A stretch of 64,000 nt of DNA from Felis catus (lineage: Eukaryota). The translations under genes were made by a program, and so were the position numbers. The stretch lies in the NCBI RefSeq assembly GCF_018350175.1, contig NC_058368.1, forward strand, positions 197,100,001-197,164,000. Direction: 5' to 3'. Of the stretch, positions 59,489-64,000 are shown in pieces. The notes below the pieces were generated by a model. The model had not been told where the DNA came from, searched no databases, and saw only the letters and a list, made by a program, of their open reading frames with translations. Every line of letters begins with the position of its first letter. The stretch's first letter is position 1.

Positions 59489-60949
59489 AATCGACCAAGT
59501 ATCAACGTGGGGTACTCTACCAGGTGCGTTTTGTATCACTAGTTAACGTACTGAACCACTCTCAGCGAGCTCCTCCTGTGTGCCAGGCACTGTGTCAGCA
59601 GAGTGACCACACAGATCCACTCCCAGCCTTCCAGAAGCTTACCTTTGGGCAGCGAAGGTAGACACTAAGCATATAGTCCAAACACTAACTCTTAGAGTTA
59701 ACAGCACATTGAGACAAGAGCTGTGAAGGAGAAGAAAAGGGGGCTGGGAACGCCAACAGCATGGGAGAGAGCTCTAGAACATTCTGAGCACCACCAGAGT
59801 CCAAGGAAGTCCGGCTCCCTAGGAAGAGGGCTCTGGAGACAGCCTTCTTAAAGGAGGCGTCAGTTATTGAGCATTTTAAGCTAAGCAAATTACCGTCCCC
59901 TTGGTCTGTCTAATGAGGACACAGGACATTTCCTACAACCCGGGGTAGGCTAGATCTGGATTTTTGTACTGGGGACCAGGCGGGGTGATATTTGACAACT
60001 TTTCCTGGGTGGGGGTGCTCTTTGCTTTAGATCTATGATGCGGGGGTGGGAATTGAGGACTGAGGGACATTAGAGGTGCTTCCCTCTGTTTTTCCTTCCT
60101 GGTGAGTGCGGGTGCTCTTTGCACACTTGTCCAGGAGTCAGTTAACAGGTGAGAACTGCTTTACAAATCACAACCTCAGTCTCCAAAGAGCAAACAGAAG
60201 CCCCATCCATTTCCTGCCTGCCCTTCCAAGCCCGAAAAGAGAAGGTGTATGCAGTGTCTTGTGCTGGGACCAGGTGGGTGGAGAGCTTGTCCGGAGCATC
60301 TTGAACTGGAAGCCACGTCCCCTAGAGCGCTGGAAATTCCTTGAGCCTGGCTTTCCCTCTCTGGGAGAGCAGGCAGCTTATCACAAAACCTGCCCATGCG
60401 CTCATCCCTGATTCGGGTGCCCTAACTGCTTCCACACCCCTCATCACTGTTCTCCCCGACCCCCTTGGGGACTTCAGCACAGCAAACCGGCAGATGGAGG
60501 AAAGGTGTGAGATTATCAGGGAGCCAGAGGAATATTCCATTAATAATAATAGCAACGAGAATAACAACGCTTCTCAAATTGGCACAGCCCCGGCCAGTTT
60601 ACCGAGCGCATTCACACCTGTGACCTCGCCCGCTGGCAGAGGCAGCATTTCGGACCCTGGTGCTCTGATTCCCAGCCCTGGGCCCTGCCCACATGCCCAA
60701 GCAGGCCACTTCTTTCCAGACAGGCGCCTTTCGGCCTCTTCTTAAGTAGGGTCCCCCTCAAGTGCTGCTCTTTTCTTATTTATGTCAACTTACACAAGCC
60801 CTCACCAACCTCTGAAACTTCTCCCAAACACACTCTACTCCTGCAAAAGCGTGGGAGCAAGAAGGGGCCTCGCAGACATCATCAATCCAACTTTGTCACT
60901 AGTCCAGAGAGGTAGAGGGATTGGGCTAAGGTCACACAGCTTGTCAGAG

Positions 60950-61990
60950 ACACCCACGCGCACACTCACACGCACGCCGGCCCCTCCTTCTCTCAACGCC
61001 CTAGGCAGCTGCAAACTTAGGTCGCCCGGGCGTCTCGCGGGGCACACGGTGGGGACTTCACGCGCCCCGTGTTTGGGAGTGTAACCTGCCAACCCTATTT
61101 CACTCTTCCGGAGGGGCCTGGTGGGGGGGGGGGGAGGAGGAGCTCGCTGTCCTCAGGAATCCCGGGGGGGGGGGTGGCATTCTTTCATGAAGTTAAGACT
61201 CTGAGTGTATGAAACACACGGGAGGCGACTCAGCCCCGCGACGCGAGGGACTAATCTACACCCGGGATGCCCCGGCGGCAGGAGGCACCTGTACACCCTG
61301 CCTCGGGCCTCCCACCCCCGGCCGCGCGCCCGCTGCGACCCCTCGTCAGCCCCCACCCCGCGCCCTCCCCGTCTTCCTCGCGGGCTCCCGGATCGCCGTT
61401 CTCCCTCCCCGCCCCGCGCGGCCGCAAGTGCGGGCGCCGCGGCTCCTCTTACCCCGGGCTCGGTCCATGGCGCCGGCCGTCCCCGGGCGCGCGGAGCAGG
61501 GCGCAGCGGCTCCGGCCGGGCTGGCGGCGGCCAGCGCTGCGCTCTCCAGCCCGGCCCCGCGGGAGCGCCCTCCGCGCGTCCCCTCCCCCAGACAGGATGC
61601 CCGCCCGGCGCCCCCGCCCGCGCGCGCCCGCCCCTCCACGCCGCTCCCGGAATAGACCCGGAGCACGCCTCGCCCCCTGGGCGGCCGGCCGGTGTCCCGG
61701 GTCCCGCACACGCCCGCGCCACGCCCTGCCTTGCGACGCCCCCGCGCCCCTCCCGCTGTGCCCGGGGGGGGGGCACCCGCTGCCGGGTTCACACGCCCCG
61801 GTGCCCGCGCGTCCCACCCCAGCCGCGACCACGCGGTGTTCCGCTCTGCTCGCACTCCCCCGGGGATATGGGGGCTTGCTCTCGCACCTCCCAGCCCATG
61901 CCATCTTTAGACTGTCAGAACGTGTCCCCCCACTCCCACCCCCTCCCCCTCCGCCATCCCCCCGCCTCGCCTCTCCGGTGGTGCAATCGA
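60950..61990 (-). promoter_or_regulatory. CpG island / GC-rich promoter and first exon of AFAP1L1
   Basis: Very high GC and dense CpG around the ATG, with GC boxes (ccgccc) upstream and no obvious TATA box. The TSS cannot be placed from sequence. Confidence 0.9.
61453..61468 (-). CDS. AFAP1L1: AFAP1L1 exon 1 coding part (MDRAR + 1 nt)
   Basis: Strong Kozak context GCCGGCGCCATGG, then ATG GAC CGA GCC CGG G|gtaaga. Lies in a CpG island; phase 1 fits exon 2. Confidence 0.9.
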
Positions 61991-63087
61991 AACCTCTCCC
62001 AGCAGCTGCCACTCATTTCCTGGCTTGGGGGTTTATCTCCTCCAGTCGACAGGTCTTTCCTGAGCACCTTCTAGATAGTGGACTGCGCCGGTGCCCTGTC
62101 AATAACGGTGTGAGAGAAGAGTGAAATAATGATAATAAAGATCTCCAAAGAGAAGAGCGTCGAAGCAAAGGGGAAACAAGAGAGGATTCAAAGGTGGGCA
62201 GGCTTGGGATACTTCCAATTTTTGAGATTCTTTGTGTCTTAACAGATGAAGAAATGCCAACACGGAGCGATACACGTTGTGGAAACGAATGCTTTTGGCA
62301 TACAAAATTTAGTGCAAGGTCAGTGCGCCCCTTCTAAAATAATTCCAGCACGTAGGGAAAATACTGCTGTGGGCAGTGTGGTCCGGGAATGGGCTTTAAG
62401 TTTAAAGTTGTATGAAGAATGTCAACTTCTTTCATCCTGCTTAGTGTATCTCTGTGGAAAGAGGTATAACTCATTTACAGACGATATCAAATGTCTACAG
62501 TGAAGACCTTTTATCAAGTGAAGTCCAAGCCCAGTTTTCCTCCTAGACACCCCTCCTCCCGAAGAGGGGCCAAGTCTCTGTTTTCGGTTTTGACTAGGCA
62601 ACTCCTTTAACTTGGAACATCCTGGCATTGGGAACACCTTGTACAAAGGCAGAGAGACAAGAACAGGCTGGGAAAGAGCATCCTGCACTTGCCTGGACTG
62701 GGAATTATTTCCTCCATTGCTTTTATGGCAAGTTGAAATTAACGCTGTCTTCAAAAAACTGTATGGCTTTTGTTTGTAGGGTGTATACGTGAGCACTTGG
62801 AGGAAATGTGGTGTGCTGGAAAAAAAAAAACCGAAAGGATTTGAGTCTGAAAACTTGTGTGTGAGGTCTTGCTCTACCAAGTGAACAAGACTTGTTTGCT
62901 CATCTGTGTTTTGGGAGACCTTTTATTGACCTCATAGAGCTGTTGAGAGAGCAAACGAAATGATGGTACAAACCCACTTTTTAAACCATAAATAGCTCTA
63001 AAAATGCGAGGCAGTATTATTTTCCAAGTTCCTCTTTGTTCCTGCCTACTTTTCCAATTTGAAAAGGTCAGTTTAAATCCTAAAGCA

Positions 63088-63292
63088 GGGGTGCCTGGGT
63101 GGCTCAGTCGATTGAGCGTCCGACTTCGGCTCAGGTCATGATCTCACAGTTTGTGAGTTCGAGCCCTGCGTCCAGCTCTGTGCTGACAGCTTGGAGCCTG
63201 CTTCGGATTCTGTGTCTCCTTCTCTCTCTGCCCCTCCCTCACTTGTGCTCTGTCTCTGTCTGTCAAAAATAAATAAAATATATTTAAAACAT
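63088..63292 (+). mobile_element. SINEC_Fc-type SINE
   Basis: TSD tttaaatcctaaagcag. Confidence 0.94.
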
Positions 63293-63510
63293 TTTAAATC
63301 CTAAAGCAGACAACCAACAATTTACAAGTGGATTAAATTCCCAAAGTTCACTGTTTGAACTCGGAAACACTTGGAAACAAGGCTGTAAATAGCAGTTCGG
63401 TTCCCAGGCTAGCCCGTTAATACTTTTAAAAGTGTAATATTTCATTGGAAAGAATAAAAAATACAAAATATAACAATTGCAAAGGCCGATGGAGGTTTTG
63501 GTAGAATTTT

Positions 63511-63715
63511 ATCAACGTTTATTTATTTTTGGGACAGAGAGAGACAGAGCATGAACGGGGGAGGGGCAGAGAGAGAGGGAGACACAGAATCGGAAACAGG
63601 CTCCAGGCTCTGAGCCATCAGCCCAGAGCCTGACGCGGGGCTCGAACTCCCGGACCGCGAGATCGTGACCTGGCTGAAGTCGGACGCTTAACTGACTGCG
63701 CCACCCAGGCGCCCC
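63511..63715 (-). mobile_element. Young SINEC_Fc with almost no terminal poly-A
   Basis: TSD ggtagaatttta. Confidence 0.95.
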
Positions 63716-64000
63716 GGTAGAATTTTAAAAGAAATTTCAGAAACTTTCAAGAACTTTGGAGGTTCATCAGAGAATTGGAACAGAGAAGTTAAAACGACTA
63801 AGGAGAATTTACATGTATCTGTGGAATAGTTTATGGAGCGGGATTAACTGAGCTGTGGACCAGGAAAAATGTATAAATGGGAGAACGCGGTCTGGGCACA
63901 GTTGGGCTAAGGATTAAGAAGTCTCCGTGAAGGTGCAGGGGTTCTGGTTTATATAATTACTCATAATGCCCACTGGGTGGCACTGTTGACTCAGTTGACT

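Noticed and set aside
61153..62124. Several 150-290 aa Pro/Arg/Ala/Gly-rich ORFs on both strands
   Set aside because: Stop codons are depleted in the CpG island. Only the 16-nt exon 1 has splice and homology support.

Overview
This is mammalian nuclear DNA from a cat-family (felid) genome, judged by about 30 copies of the tRNA-derived carnivore SINE, many of the young SINEC_Fc type. The species cannot be determined. Almost the whole window is one spliced gene on the minus strand, AFAP1L1 (actin filament-associated protein 1-like 1). I mapped coding exons 1-18 (61468 down to 2011). All have GT-AG boundaries and consistent phases, and together they give 2283 nt / 761 codons with no stop or frameshift. 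The last coding exon and the 3' UTR lie beyond the left edge. Exon 1 sits in a CpG island, followed by a ~27.5 kb first intron. The remainder is SINEs, L1 fragments, MaLR LTRs, hAT-type MITEs (MER20, MER53, MER58, MER5, Charlie-like) and microsatellites. Repeat names and orthologue comparisons come from remembered sequences, not a database search. I see no evidence of a new multi-gene system. The most notable local observations are: a 34-nt inverted templated insertion inside a SINE, copied from 2.1 kb away; a candidate endothelial enhancer (SOX/FOX/ETS/MEF2 cluster) in intron 1; inverted SINE pairs around frame-preserving exons; a (UG)n/(CA)n fold-back beside the exon 7 donor; an in-frame alternative acceptor at exon 6; a MER53 hairpin resembling miR-1302; and a three-layer nested retrotransposon.
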